Source: Camelus dromedarius
Taxonomy: Eukaryota
Assembly: GCF_036321535.1 (NCBI RefSeq)
Contig: NC_087437.1
Location: 113,152,001 to 113,216,000 of the forward strand
Reading direction: 5' to 3'
Length of the DNA: 64,000 bases
Shown: one piece after another, positions 38,201-53,294 of the stretch
Numbering within the stretch: the first letter of the stretch is position 1
Layout: every line of letters begins with the position of its first letter
Notes under the pieces: generated by a model
Database searches by the model: none
What the model was told of the DNA's origin: nothing
What the model saw: only the letters and a program-made list of their open reading frames with translations
Translations under genes and position numbers: made by a program

Positions 38201-40346
38201 TATGTGAGACTTCCTGGAAGGCCCCTTGAAAGGGGCGGGCCCTTCTTCCTCCCTGTCTCCTTGGCTGCCTGGAATGCTAATGCAAAGGCTTGTTCAGCAG
38301 ACGTTGTGGACAGTGAGGTGACTGAGGACAGAACCACGTGTAGGACTGTGGAATAAAAAGATGAGACCTTGAGTTCTGTATGATCATGGATGCATCATGT
38401 TAGCCCTGCACTGCCACCTGGGCACTTCTAGTTCTTGTAAGGGGTGGAGCACCTTCTATTATGTTTAACTTCCTGATTGGCCAGGTGCGGCTCCATCAAC
38501 CCAACTGATCCTGGACCTTCCTTGAGCGGTCAAGGCCAGAGCCAGTGAGCATCCAGCTCTATTTGTCTGTTTACCTCTGGGCTCAGTCCAGGGCAGCACC
38601 TTTTCTAACACCCACCTCCCCTGGGGGCACCCTGGCCCATGGGAAGGGAGTGGGGCTGTGGTTGTTGGTGCTGGCAAGGACCAGAGAGGATGGAATAGTC
38701 CCTCAGCCAACCTCTCAGAAGAGTCAGCACCACCGACATCAGAGTCTCTCCAGAGGACGTGTCCACACACGCAGGGCTGCTGTGCCTTGTCGCTCACTTT
38801 ATTCCATACGACACTGCCCCCAGAAAGGTTGCAGGCTGCACTCAGCATCCTCCCTGCCCACCCCACCAGGAGAAACCTCTTATTACCCGTAATTGCCTAA
38901 CTGATCATAGCTGGTCTTAAAAGAAATGCCAGAGAACAAAGTTTCCTTTGATCAAAGTATCTTGAGTGTGTCTCCTCTTATTATAACCAGTGATAAAAAA
39001 GCAGCAAGAATTTTCTTCCAAGAGTGAAAAGGAAGTGAGGTCAGTGACAGTAGGTCTCCATGGACAGGCTGGACACGATGCAGTGGTGTGGCACGTGGTA
39101 AGTGTGCAAAGCCCTCAGCTCTGGTTTGCTGAGCTCACTGAGCCTCAGGGAAGTAAAGTCATGTGTCCGAAGTCTCCTCGTTAACCAGCTGGAAACTTGA
39201 GATTCCAACTAGGCCCCTCCAATTCCCAAAGCCCAGTGCATTTTCCATTTTCTGCTGGAAGTTTCCAAGCTTGGTATAAAGCAGCATTTCTTAATTATGA
39301 GAACAATATTATGTAACTAAATTGCACATTAACGATGGCTCTTGATTTCTGGTTACACCACCGTTTGCTTTCTCCTACTTGCTTTCCTGATGATTGAACG
39401 AGGCCTCGAAGGAATAGAACCCTAATCTTGTTTTATTAGATCATTTTGGTTTCAAACAAAAATAGCTCCTATTGGTCTCTCTAGTTCATCTAATAGCCTA
39501 AAAGCCTCCCATTTTTTTTTTTCTCACTGCAAAATGACGTGTCTTTAAAAGGTACTGGCCTCTAGCCTGACCTTGTGCTGTAATACATATTATTGTGGTC
39601 TTTGGTTGGGGGCAGCTGCTTTGCTGGCTGAGGTCAGTCTGATGTCAGAGGCGAGCCTTATGCCGTGTGAATTGTAGGAGTGAAAAGGAAAAATCTGGGC
39701 TTCAATAACCAAGCCAAGCGTGGTGGCTGGGCACACAGGCTTTAGCATCTGACTGGCCTGAGTGACTTCTCAACATCCCAGTTTCCTCCTCTGTAAAATA
39801 GGAAAGTGACAGAAGGTACCTGAGGGGGTTGTTATGAGGCTGAACCAAGCTGCTCAGTCGCGGAAAGGCTGTGTGCACAATGGCTCTCACCGTGAACTCT
39901 GGATTTGAACCTCAGATCCTCTGCACCGGAGCAAGTTAGGAATCTCTCCGTGACTCAGTTTACCCATCTGAGAACTGGAGACAGTGGTAGTTCCTACATC
40001 GGGGACCACTGTGAGGATTCAGTGAGGTAAGCAGGCATGGCTGCTAGTGCTGGTCACTACAGAACTCTGGGCAGGCGTGAGAGAAATGTGACATAGAGCA
40101 AAACACACTCACGTCCCCAAACCAGGCCACCTGCACGTAGGCCTGCACAGTGCCAGCGCCCTGAAGTCGCCAAAGAGGTCTGAGTACTATTCCTTCCTCT
40201 CAAGGAACTTACATTCTAAAACGTACATGAGACAAGTAGTAAAAACGACCACACTAAAGGAGCATGCAGCGAGAGCCATCCCACCAGGGTGACTGCCGGC
40301 GGGAGATGCGGCGTTTCAGCTGGCAGAAGAAAACCTCCTTTAGCAC

Positions 40347-40826
40347 GTGTGCTCAACTGAATGGTGGTCCCCAGAGGCATCCAGGTCCTAAGGCATGGAA
40401 CCTGTGACTGTTGCCCTGTATGGACAAAGAATCTTTGCATATGTGATGAAGTTAAGGATTTTGAGATGGCGAGATGATTCTGGACTATCTGAATGGGCCT
40501 TAAATGCCATCACAAGTGTCCCTTCCAAGGGAGACAGAGGGAGATTTGACACAGAAGAGGAGAAAGTAATGTGGCCACAGAAGCAGAGATTGGAGTGATG
40601 TGGCCACAAGCCAAGGAATGCCGGCAGACGCCAGAAGCCAGAAGAGACCAGGAATGGATTCTCATCAGAGCCTCTGGAGGGAGCGTGGCCCTGCTGACAC
40701 CTTAATTTTGGTTCAGTGGAACTAATTTCAGATTTCAGGCCTCCAGAACCCAGAGAGAATAAGTTTCTGTTGGTTTAATCCACCAAGCATGTGGTAATTT
40801 GTTACAGCAGCCTCCAGAAACTCATC
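40347..40826 (+). mobile_element. MaLR LTR (MLT1B/C-like)
   Basis: ggaacctgtgactgttgccc, gttaaggattttgagatgg, ggccacaagccaaggaatgcc, ggccctgctgacaccttaatttt, tggtaatttgttacagcagcc. Confidence 0.85.
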
Positions 40827-42100
40827 CTGCACCATTTGCTGTAAAGTGGGAGGTACAGCTGAGGCTGTCTGGTTCCAAGGGGCTGGCGGTGGTAGGTGCA
40901 ATTTATCCCCAGATAAAATGCATGGTAACAGAAATGCTGCAGAAGTCCACTGAAAAGCACTGAACATCCATTTTCTGACAAAGCATTTCTAAATAATCCA
41001 GGGAGTTGCAGGAGGGAAGTCTGGCAGGAAGACAAGCAAAGAATCTGATGTTTCCGTGCTGGGCCAGCAGGAACCTGGCCTCACAATCTGATACAGAGGC
41101 CAATCTGTTAGGAGTTGGGTAGCAATTTTCAGATTTTTTTTTTGACACACCCCAGAATAATACAGTAATACTTTTATTGTAAACTTACTGCCTGAACATA
41201 CATAAACAAGAGTGAATTTTTTGCTATGTTTAATAGGAGGCAGGCCTTTCTCTGTAGAAGTGAAAAATAACCACCACAGACCCTTGCAACCGCCATCAGC
41301 GCCCCCAAACTTGGTTAGCGTGCTGCTGCACCGGCCGCGGGCGGCTCAGCCCTGAGAAGCAGCTGCGTGACGGTCTGATGGCCTCCTGTTGGGATTCTTG
41401 GAGTTGGGGTGGGAGACAGATTGGATAAGTGGGTTCTGTAGACCCCCTCGCCCCAGTTTGTCACCTGTTCACCCGCCAAGTCCCACTTGAGCCAAACACT
41501 GCCAGAGCTTCCCAGGTTCCTTATAAGGACCGCCCCCTTGCCTTGGAGGCTCTGGATGGGGTTTCACCTTTTTGGCTGTCTCCTGCTCAGCCTCTGCCTC
41601 CTTGCTTTCAAGAAACAGGAAGGGAACATCCTGTTCAGCCACCATCTGGACCACATCTGCTGCTGGGAAGATGGCTCCCTGTGGACTGTTCTGGTGGGCT
41701 GAAACCAGTTGGCACACTACACAATTTCCACTCTTTGTGACCACACACTTGATTCTCTTTTTCTCTCAGACCTAAATTTTGACCGCACAGTCTTTGGCTC
41801 TGTTCACGTCTGCTCCCTGCCAGCCTCCTTTGAACTGGGTTAACTCTAATCCTCCCACTGACACAATAGCCCTCAGAATGGCCTCAACAAGATGGGAGTC
41901 CAGTTCCCTAATTTACCAACAAGCTTTAATGAAACCTCCAGCGAACCTAAAGCTCTTGGCCAATGCTCTTAGGAACCTCAGTCTTCACAGCATCCCCGTG
42001 AAATCGTTGTTGTAGTATATTTGGCTGCAGTGGTCCAGAGCCAACAGAGTTGGTAAAGACAGTGCCTGTATCACAGTCCTACTGCTTGTTGGAATCACCC

Positions 42101-42865
<765 letters not shown>

Positions 42866-43116
42866 TCAAGTGTTTTTGAAAGCTTGGGTGTCTATCCTCT
42901 GCAGAGATCTAGCAGGAATGGGATGATGACCTCATAAAGGGCTTTCTTACAGCAGGGCCAGTCCCATAGATACGCTTTGGATTTCAAAGCGTCATGGAAC
43001 ACATATTCAGAAAAGTTCTCTTCTGGCTTCTATGACATGGTATTGGGAACTACAGGCCATACAAAACATTGCTTTGACATCGCATCTGTAGTGGGTCTGG
43101 AGAGAGACTGGCAATT

Positions 43117-43496
43117 ATATTAGTTTGCTAAGGCCGCCATAACAAAATTCCACAAACAGCAGACATTTCTTTCTTTCACAGTTCTGGAGGCTAGACGTCT
43201 AAGATCAAGGTGTCAGCAGTTCTGGTTTCTCAAGAGACCTTTCTGCTTGGCTTGCAGATGTTGCCTTCCCGCCATGTCCCTACTTGGCCTTTCCTCTGTG
43301 TGCCCACGTGTCTCTGTCCTAAAGTCCTCTTCTTATAAGTACACTGGTCCTATGGGCTTAGGGCCCCGTCACATGCTCTTGTTTTACCTTAATCACCTCT
43401 TTAAAGACCCTATCTCCAAAGACAGTCACATTCTGAGGTACTAGGGGTTAGGGCTTCGACCTGTGATTTGGGGGAGACACAATTCAGCCCCTGACA
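43117..43496 (-). mobile_element. MaLR LTR (MLT1A/B-like)
   Basis: tattagtttgctaaggccgccataacaaa...cacagttctggaggctagacgtctaagatcaaggtgtcagcag...cacaattcagcccctgaca. Confidence 0.85.
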
Positions 43497-44351
43497 GCAA
43501 CCTTTTAACAGTGATGAGGCGAGTTCCTGACTCATTTCCACTTGGGTCATGAAGATGGAGAGTAATATTTGTATTTATTCATCCATTCTAAGCACCTCCT
43601 TTGTGCCTGGCCCCAAGGGGACAGTCCTGACACATCCGGACAGACCTGGGCGTGGGTGTGGTTTCTGTCTGTGAGTGCATGGACTTTGTGCCCGCTGTCT
43701 GCCCACTTTCATAATCAAGAGTGCTTTTTCCAGTGGCACAAAGAGGGTATGGCCAACAGCAAAGGAAAGCTGGCCTGCACACCCATCTTTCACTGGGGCT
43801 GCCAATTCTTGAGCTAATTTAATACCCCGTCTGCAAAGGACTTTAATTTTATATATTCAAGGCAAAATGCTAGTTTGCTTCAAACTCTAGCAGCCTCTTC
43901 AACTTCCTTTGTTTGTATTTTCTTGTCTCCTTAGAGCTAAAGATGTTTCTCAAGTGAGCATGATGGATTCCTTCAAATGAAGAGGTGGACAAAATGATTT
44001 ATTATGTCCCTTACTTGACTATTGAATGGATGAGGATTTTCTTCCCACAAAGGGAATCCCCAAGGGGATTCCAGTTGCGGCAATGCCAGGCAGTACGACT
44101 AACCCAGTATAGTGACGTTAACACGAAGCGTGTGTTCTCCAAGCGCCTTTCTCAGAGCCCGGACTCAAGCAAAGCATTGAACTATGGATGGCCAGAAAAA
44201 TTCGGAGAACCCTTCCCTTTGCTCCTTCCCCTGATGCTACACCCTCCTTAACTATGGGTTCCACTGGGAGATACTGAGGGCCTAGGAGAAAGAACAAAGC
44301 TTCACTTTGGATCACCTCCTACTTTAGAGATTTTGCAGGGTGGCTGAAGAA

Positions 44352-44365
44352 CCACCAGGGGGCAG
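44352..44365 (+). promoter_or_regulatory. Candidate CTCF site
   Basis: CCACCAGGGGGCAG, a near-perfect CTCF core. Confidence 0.6.
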
Positions 44366-45429
44366 TATGGATATGTCTCCATGAGGACTTAAGAGGCAAC
44401 ACTGTAACTACCTCCCAGGACAGGAGCTAGAAGCTTGCTATTCCTAAAGCGCCCCCAACCCCACACACCCCTCCCCAGTCACAACCTTCTCCCTTGGCCC
44501 TGAGAGTAACTACTATCTGCTTTTCTAGAAAACGCTTCTGTACTTCTCTCTTCTCTGCTGCCCGGGGAACGGGTATTCTAAGGTAGAACAGTGTAACATG
44601 TCAATTCACTGAAATTAATTTTGCATGACTAGGGGATCAGGTTTGTTCAGTTCAAAGACAGACAGTGGCAGAGACCTTAGCTCAGTGTGTAAGTATTGCT
44701 CTGGTTCTGTCTGTGTACCTGGCGCAAATCATGCTTGTCCCACAAAGGAAGGGAACACTTGGAGAGTGGTTTCGTCCACCGCGACGCACCCCCTCCAAAA
44801 AAAAATCCCATGAACTAAAGGAGTTGTCCCGCATATAAACAGATGTGTGTGCACGTGTGTGAGTTTGAGTCTTAGTCCACAAACGTGGTTGTGCAGGAAA
44901 TGTTAGGGGCATTAGGCATGAGGCTGAGGTCAATCTCCCATCCGGGCTTCCCCTCCAGCCTTCCCCTGTGAGACACGGGCCAGCACACAGGGTCTGAAGC
45001 TGCTCCCACACCCTGCCTGGAACAGCGATCCTCAAGCCGGGTGCATCCAGGAACCCTGGGAAGAGCTTTGCTTCTTTCTGGTCTCCGAGCTTTGAAATGG
45101 TCTTGGCTGAGGCCTAGACATCACCACAATATTTGCAATCTTTCATGTGATTCTAAAGTGAGGCCAAGTTGAAACCCCCTGTCTGAGAACAAGGCCTCCT
45201 CAGGGCCTGGGGGGTCCCTGGGGGTGCAGAGCTGGCAGGGACCTCAGAGTTAGTTTTGAAAGGAACAGAACAATTTTTTTTCCCTCATGTACACATAGGT
45301 AGAGTTTTTAATGGAGAAAGGTTTGAGTTCTATAGAAATGAAAAGGGTAGAAGAGTAGGGGAAAAGTAGGGGACGGGGCTGGCTTCTCCCTGCTCCTGTG
45401 GAGACTTGAGGAATCCAGGCAACAAGGCG

Positions 45430-45793
45430 TCTCAGTCCCGCTGGGCTGCTGTAACAAGTTACCACAGACCCCGCTTAAACAGCGAGTGCTCAGCTCTCAC
45501 GGCTCTGGGGGCAGGAAGTCCAAGATCACGTGTGGGCAGATCCAGCATCTGGTGAGGGCTCAGCCCTGGTTTTCAGACAGCCGTCTACCCGGTGTGTCCT
45601 CACGTGGGCTGGGCAGAGACTGGAGGAGGCAAGCGCCCATGTCTTCTCTCAAAGGGCACCAGTCCCATCATGGGGGCCCCACCCTCATGATCTCATCACC
45701 CCCACAAATGCCCCACCTCCTAACACCAGGCATCAGAGGTTAGCCTTTCTCATAGGAGTTTTGTGGGGGACACAAAGATTCAGTCCGTAGCAC
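45430..45793 (-). mobile_element. MaLR LTR (MLT1A/MST-like)
   Basis: gggctgctgtaacaagttaccacagac...ggaagtccaagatca...cccaccctcatgatctcatc...ttcagtccgtagca. Confidence 0.8.
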
Positions 45794-46544
45794 ATGGTTT
45801 GAGAATCCCCAGATCATGTTGGACTCTGGTAGCCACTGGTCCTCTGCCCAGATTTTTGGCCCTGGGCTTCCCTGCCCGCTTGTGGTTGGGAGGACCATGG
45901 GGCTAATCTAGCCAGTGAGTGGCAGTTGGGTGTGACGCATGTCTCTTCCAGGCTGAATCATTTAATCATCCAGGTGGGACTCCCTGGAGCGCTTCCCTTC
46001 AGCACAGAGAGCAGAGATGTTTCAGAGAGCGGATGCTCGGGAACTCTGGGTCTCAGAGTGAGGACAGGGCGACACAGAGTGGAGCCCCAGCCCACCCGCT
46101 GTGCGCACGTGGCGTGAGAGAGAAATGAACCTAGCGGGAGCCGGCAGCCTTCCCACTCCTCACCGTGAATGAAAATAAAGGTGTATTTTGGACAAAGAAT
46201 TCATAGAACCATCACGTGGACCTAGCTTTGAGCCTCTTGCCCTGCTGTTTGACAACATACAGGCGTCTCAAACTCTCTGAGCCTCAATTATAGCACCCGC
46301 CTTGCGGCATTTTTATAAGGGGATCTCCTCTGACCATACGTCAAAGCAGCCAGCATCGGTAGTGTTCATTAAATCTTAGTTTTCTTCCCTTCTTGTCTCA
46401 CTGTTAGTGGACACGTGGTTGCCTCCCTCGCTTCCATTTCCCCACCCACTTCGCAACAGGGCCCTGAGTTCCCTTGGTGATCACCTGTCTCCCAGGAAGC
46501 TCAGGTTCTTTGGGAGGAAGCCCTGTCAGGTCCAGCTCCAGAAC

Positions 46545-46635
46545 TAAGCCAATCAGCACAACGCGCCCCCCCCCGCCACCCCAGCCCATCACGTGGTTCA
46601 GGGTGTGCTTGTGACGTAAGCAGCCCCGCCCCAAA
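46545..46635. promoter_or_regulatory. Promoter/enhancer-like motif cluster
   Basis: CCAAT (46549-46553), E-box CACGTG (46590-46595), CRE-like TGACGTAA (46612-46619) and GC box CCCCGCCCC (46624-46632) within 90 bp. Confidence 0.5.
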
Positions 46636-49600
46636 TCTCAGAATTCTTCCTAGGATGTCTGGGCACTCGGGACCCGAGAGGGGCCCAAACTTACTTCCCT
46701 GCTTCTCTCTTTTCCCCAGGAGGAAACATACCCTCTCCTCTTCTTGCAAAAAGCCTCCCTGACAATTGTTCAGATACATCCGACCCCAGCAGGGGACACA
46801 GCCTGGGCTCCAGCTGGGACCCCCACTTGTTTTCTGCTGATTAAACTTCCCAATGTAACTCCCTGCTAAGTGAGTTTGCAAGGCAGCGGGTGTGGGATCA
46901 AGGGCCCTGCCTGGAGAGGCTCCCCTCTGCACCTCCTGCTAACAAAGAGGCACCAGTGTGAAAGGGCTTGTTTGGGCCTTAGGGGCAGCCTAGGGGCAGA
47001 AGGCACGGGGCAATCAGGGTTTCAAACAAGATAGGAGGAGCATGACTTGGGGCACAGACAGCTTAGTGCCTCTCTGGCAAATAATAATTACAGCAATAAT
47101 ACCCCCTGAGGAACCTCAGGATGTGCTCCCACGTGAAAGCCACGCAGAAGTCCCTGTCCTGGAAGTGATGTGGTTCAATTTGACATGTACGACTTCTGCT
47201 GGAGGCTCATTAACGTAATCCTGCTGGTTGGTTTCACGTCATTAAAATTTCCAGTGTGTTGAGTTGTGTCCCTAATGCTGAAGGTAGAAGACACATAAAT
47301 TTCTTTTTCTGCTCTGACTTGAGTTTTATTGATCAATTTTTCAGTCCTCTTCTAACACATTCTCCTGAATCTCTCTCTTACAACGAGCACAGAGCCTGTC
47401 TTTCTTCCTATAAGGACACTAATTCCAATGTGGGGCTCCACCCGCATGACCTCATCAAAACCTGATCACTTTCCAAAGGCCCCACTTCCTAATACCATCA
47501 CACTGGGGAAGAGGGCTAAAACATATGAATTTGGGGTAGAGGTGGGGAGACAAACTTTCAGCCCATAGCACACTACTGGTGCCCCAGCCTGCCTCCTAGC
47601 TGTTCACTAGCCCCTGCTGGCCTCTGTCCTGGACAGCTGTTTTCTGCAGCCTTCCCATGGTGGGCGCGGTACACACCAGACTGTGTGCCACCTCTCCAGT
47701 AAGCAGGATTCTCTCTCTGCACCCTCCCGCCAGCCCTATCTCTCCTGTGCCAGCAAACTTGTTAACTACTGTCCAAAGACTGTGGCCCAGGCCAGCCTGT
47801 GAACTTCTCCACTACCCAGTGGCTATAATCACATCTTCTCCGAAGAGGTCTGCACCCCAGCCTTGGGGAGGGGCCCCTTTCCAAGGCTGCCCTTTCCTGG
47901 GTGCCCTCCCTCAGCTCTAGGATATGCTTTAAAATTCTCTTTGCATCTTTATAGTTTCTTCCCTGTCATCATTTAATAATTCTTTATACAGAACTTCCTC
48001 TGTTTAAATGGGTGCGTGGTTGGTTTCCAGCTTCGTTGGTGGGTGTTAGCACAGGACTTGGGGATGCAGAGAGTGGGTAACAGGCAAGTGAATAATACAT
48101 GCAGAACACTTGGTGCCTAGGACACACCAAGTCCTTTTATTGTAGTTGCTATTTTTAAATGAGTATGACTGGGTTTTTGTTTTGTTTTGTTTTGTTTCGT
48201 TTTTAGCACATCTGTAGGATGTTAGGCACGAGGAGCAGGCTTTCTGGAAGAGAGCATGTCTGAGCTTACCCACCTCCCATGGCTGTTATAAGGACTGAAA
48301 CGAGATAGAAAGAGAAAGGTACTGTGTAAACATAGAAATTATAACCAATAATGAGCCAGCTCTCTCTGCTTGTTGGAAGTGTACCTTAAGGGCAACCAAT
48401 CTCTGTGCAAAATCCATGATCATTATATCTTGTCTGGGGACAGGACATTTCCACTAGAAGGAAGTGCCTAGAGAAAATTGTTGGTACCTACTGCCCCAAA
48501 TGGAATAGCATCCATTGTGACACACTATGTACACATCATTCACTCATTTAGAAAATATTTCCTGTGTGTTTTGCAAAGAGTGGATGGTGTCGAAACTAAA
48601 AAGATCTTGTCCTTATTCTTAAAATCATATTCTCATGGGTCAGTGGGGGACAGAGACTGCAGGCTAGTACTTGTGGCGTTGCATGGTAAGCATTATATGA
48701 TAAGTGCTCTAACAGATGGATCGAATTTTCAGGCGCCTCCTGCAAGCACTCACTGCGCCCTCCCTCTTCCCCACACCCAGTGTACGGGGATTTGGTAAAA
48801 TCTGGTACCAGCTTCCCCATGACTTTTGTTGCTTCTTGATAGTTTAGCTGAAGCTAAACTAAAACTAAGCTGAAACTAGCCCAGCGCTCTTCCGTCCCCA
48901 GCGTCCCACGTCTGCCTGCCGCTTCAACTCCACCTGCCTCAGCCTGGACACGTCACTGAGTGCCTTTGCTGTCTTGCAGACCTCTCCTTCAAGCATTTGT
49001 TTCGTGAGTTTTATAACACTGTAGACCAGGGCTGGTGGGAGCGGTGGTGGGCAGGCCATTGCAAAGACATTCCTCAGTGTAGTCCGCCACCCTCCCACAT
49101 CCCTAAGTCCCTCCTCCATCTTTTCCTCCCTGCTACCTCTCTTGAGAAGCAAATTCTTTTCCTGAACTCCTGTAGAATAGTTCCACCACATCCTGGAGCC
49201 CTTGGGGGTCTGGCTTCCTGTATGGAATACTTGGTAACAAATGCAGTTCCCATCCTTGGAGAAATTCTGTTAAATAAAATTTTCTCTTTGATCCATCCAA
49301 GTGTTTACCAAGTGCTACAGTAGCCCTAAGAGGAGAAAACAAGTCTGCCTTTGAGATCAAAAAAGCTTCACAGAGGGTGATATCTGAGCAATGTTTCCTT
49401 TTAAGGGCATTGTCTTCACAGACTTAGTGCCCTCAGGTCACATGAGGGAGCACATGATCCAACCTCAGCCAATCAGAGCTCACCGCTCCCTGGGCCCACC
49501 CTCTGCGACTGGTCCGGGGTTGGGGGTGGAGGGGCACCTGCTGTATCCCATCCAGTGCTGTGCTCTCCTCTGACATTTGACTTGAGCAGAGGCACAAAGA

Positions 49601-49763
49601 GAACACATGGGAGCTAAGCCATCTTCTGGGAGGGCCCTAGAGAGAAGGCTTTCCAGCTGGGGCCCCTGAGTGAGGGCTTCTGTCCCTCCTGAGGCCGGGA
49701 TAAGCTGCTGTCCTTGTGATTCTGTGAGCCACCTCACTTGCCTTCCCACAGATCCCACAGATC

Positions 49764-49821
49764 CTTTCCTTCCTTCCTTCCTTCCTTCCTTCCTTCCTTC
49801 CTTCCTTCCTTCCTTCCTTCC

Positions 49822-49899
<78 letters not shown>

Positions 49900-49966
49900 T
49901 TTCTTTCCTTTCTTTCCTTTCTTTCCTTTCTTTTCTTCCTTTCTTTCCTTTCTTTCCTTCTTTTCT
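49764..49966. repeat. Compound (CCTT)n(CTTT)n microsatellite / polypyrimidine tract
   Basis: Directly visible, ~200 bp of C/T only. Confidence 0.98.
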
Positions 49967-51947
49967 TGTGAGTTAGCTACAGTTGGTTTCAATTTTGCCA
50001 AAAGAAGAACTTTTTGATTGAAGGGTGAGTTGACGTTCATCTGCTCTGGTGAAAAATCTAGACAAACGATCAGCATCAGTTCTGAGAATCAGAGCCACCT
50101 GCCACTCTAGGAAGAGCTGGGTAAATACTAACAAATGCTTAGCCTCTAAATTCTTTTTTAAAATCCTTTTAAAAAATCTTGTGATCATTATATCACATCA
50201 GACAAATCATAATGCAGCTGAGCTGATTAGACTTTTATTTAGAATAGATGCATTCCAATTACCCAGGAAAGCTCTGGGGAACTTGATTTGATTTGTTACA
50301 AACCCGGGTACCACAACCACAAATCCCAGAGGAAGCCATTTCTGGAGACAGCTAAACAGTTCCCTTGTACACTTTAAATAATTTCCATTTCAGAGGAAGG
50401 CCTTCATCTGACCTGATTTGCTAAACTGGAGGCAAACTTACTATGGGACAAAGAAGGAAAAAGTGTCTAGAATGTTGGGAATCAGTTTGCTCCTTTCCTG
50501 TCTCCACCAGGGTTGGTGAAACATGCAAACGTCTTCCCCACTCACGGAACTGAACACTTCCGCTGTGTTGCCGGCACCTTCCCTACTAGTCCAGCTACAC
50601 AGGCTTTGCCAAGACAGCGATTACTTGCTCTGAGCCTGAACATTTTAAATCCAAGGGATTTTGAACAAAGTGTCCATAATACTTGAAGTTGTTTCCCACC
50701 AGTCTTGCTTAAAACGGAGCCTACGGAGACCTAGTTCCCGTCCAAGGACACATCTCCCGGGGAACCTCTCAGACCAGCTCCCCAGGAAGTGGGTGAAGTT
50801 GGCTCAGGCAACAGTGAGGTGCCAGGGAAAATGTCCTTGGATCCCATGTAATGTGCTGTGTCTGGGTGTCAACGGGAAGACAGTGGCTTTTGCTCCTTAG
50901 GAAACACATTTAGAGCCAGTCGTGACCTCATGGCTAACATGACAGGCCCTCCTAGGGGTTTCCATGATAAGATTCAGGGGTTGGGGATTAAATGGAATAA
51001 AATCTCACTGAATGCACTTCGAGAGGTCAAGTAATGAGAAATCTTACAAGTGGCCATTGAGCTGACATAAGAAGGAATACTGAATCTGTGTTTTCCCTAT
51101 AAACACAAAATCCTGGAAATATAAAAATCTTGGTGAAAGAAATGGTCCCACCTTACCATATCACAATACTTTTATCAAATTCTACTTCAAGGTCCCGGTC
51201 CTTCAGGAAATTACTTCTCCAGCGGTATCACTGAGGACACTTTTGACTGAGGGGGACAGAAAGCTTACCTGCAATGGACTTAATAAAGGAAATTTGTTGG
51301 CTCATGGACTAAAACAGTCCATTGGGAAATTAAGGCCTTGGGCACACTTTGATCAGGACTCTAGCCACTGTGCTTTCCTCAGTTCTCCTCTCTGTGTTGG
51401 CTTTTGCCCTCAGATTGGCTTTTCTGATGGTGACAAAAGGGCTCCAGCAATTTCACACTCAGATCTCCTTTGAACACCACCCAGCACGAGAGGGGGCTTC
51501 TGCGTCCCAGCATCCCCGCTGAAGTGCTTCCCGCCATTCGGAGGGCTGGGCTTACTGATGTCATGGGTCCAGCCAGGACCCAGTCAGTGAAGCTGGAGAA
51601 GGAACTCACTGACCATATTAACTAGGTCTTTCATTTCAGCCCTTGGGCTGGGAGCAGTTTCAGCTGTCTCAGAGCCAGATGGAGTCCCACATGCAGATTA
51701 GGGGGTGCTGAGTGAAGGCAGGGGAGGATTCTGCCTTCAAATTCACTTCAGTTCTGACCTTTGGCTCCCATTTCAGTGCATTCTGTATTCTTATTTGCTG
51801 CAGATTACATTTTTGTCCATCTTTGTGTCTACTGTTTTATCCTGCCCTGTAGGCATCTCAAACACAGGAATGGAGCCCAGCCCTAACGATGTAAACAAAC
51901 CAAGACTTTTGCTGGAGAACCCGTGAGATGATGATGTGGAAAATATG

Positions 51948-51979
<32 letters not shown>

Positions 51980-53294
51980 TGGTTGTGGCCCAGATGGGGG
52001 AAAATTATTTGTAGTGCAGGGGACACCAACAAAATCCAAACTAGAGAAATTTCACAGAAGTTGGTATAAAATATAATTTTTCTCTTTGCCTACTGAAAGC
52101 CACTTGTGGAAATTGGACTAATCACAATGTCTCTAAATTAACCAGTCATCTAGGCAAGATCTTACTCTTTTTGAAGCAATGACAAATATATAAGTAATAT
52201 AAGTAATAAATATTTGTAAAAACATTTGAATGAATCATATGATGTCTAAGGTAACAGAAACTAAAAGTGACTGTTTCATCTATGTGTACAACTTGAGTCT
52301 CATGGATTTGATTCAGAGCACAGGTCATCAACTGTTATGCAGAGGGGTTCTCCTGTAGAATAAGGTAACACAGCCATTGCTTACAGACTAATTACCAGTA
52401 GACCAGTCATTCCCTGGTCCACAAGAGCTTCACCACCACCACCATCAACATCACCATCATCACCAGCACCACAACAAGCCTTATATTTACATATTTATTT
52501 TACTTCTCAAAATACATTCACGTGCATGAGCTCACTAGCTCTTACCTACTTTGTAAGACTGGCAGAACACTGACATCATGAGCCTCCTTGTATCTGTAAG
52601 GAAACCAAGGTCTGGAGAGGGGAAGTTGTGTGTGCAAGGCCACCAAGAATGGCCAATAGTCAAACTCAGACTAGAATTTGGTTCTTCCAACTCCAAAATG
52701 AATGCTTTTTTTCCAGTGGACTCTACCCTCTCAATGAAAATGAAGAACTTTTGAAAATGAAAGTGTTGATATTGATAACTTTGTTTCTATATTCTTATCA
52801 GAGTCTTTAGAATGAATAGTGTTCTGGGGCCATATATCCAGCCCTCACATGTTCCAAGTGAGCCGCTGGCCCCTCAGAGTTCATGTGACCCTCTAGAAGT
52901 TTTATTTTCATCCAAGGCATTTGACTCCAAATTCAGCCTTCTTCCCATGACAAGAGGCCACCTTTATGTACACCCCAGGAATCTCCCAGATTCCTCTGAG
53001 GATGCCAGCTGTCCCACACCCTTTCCTGGAGCTTAAGATTGTCCAGTGAATGATAATATGGCTGGAAGCCACTACTCCTGCTCTTTCTTCTCAAAGCACC
53101 CAGAAGCCTGAGAAGGAAATGAGACGCTGGCTTTTGGTCACACCTCCATCTCCCAGAAGGACCCACTGCTCAGCAATGCTCTTCCAGCCCCACTCAGGGG
53201 CTCGACTCCTCTCTCAAGGTTCCAGGTGAACTCACAGCTACTCTCCCCAGCAGGAAGGTTGAATCTTTTGTCTCCAATCTGCTTGCCTCGACTT

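Noticed and set aside
49480..50076. 198-aa Lys/Glu/Arg-rich ORF and its Phe/Leu/Ser-rich antisense ORFs
   Set aside because: Translation of the (CCTT)/(CTTT) microsatellite.
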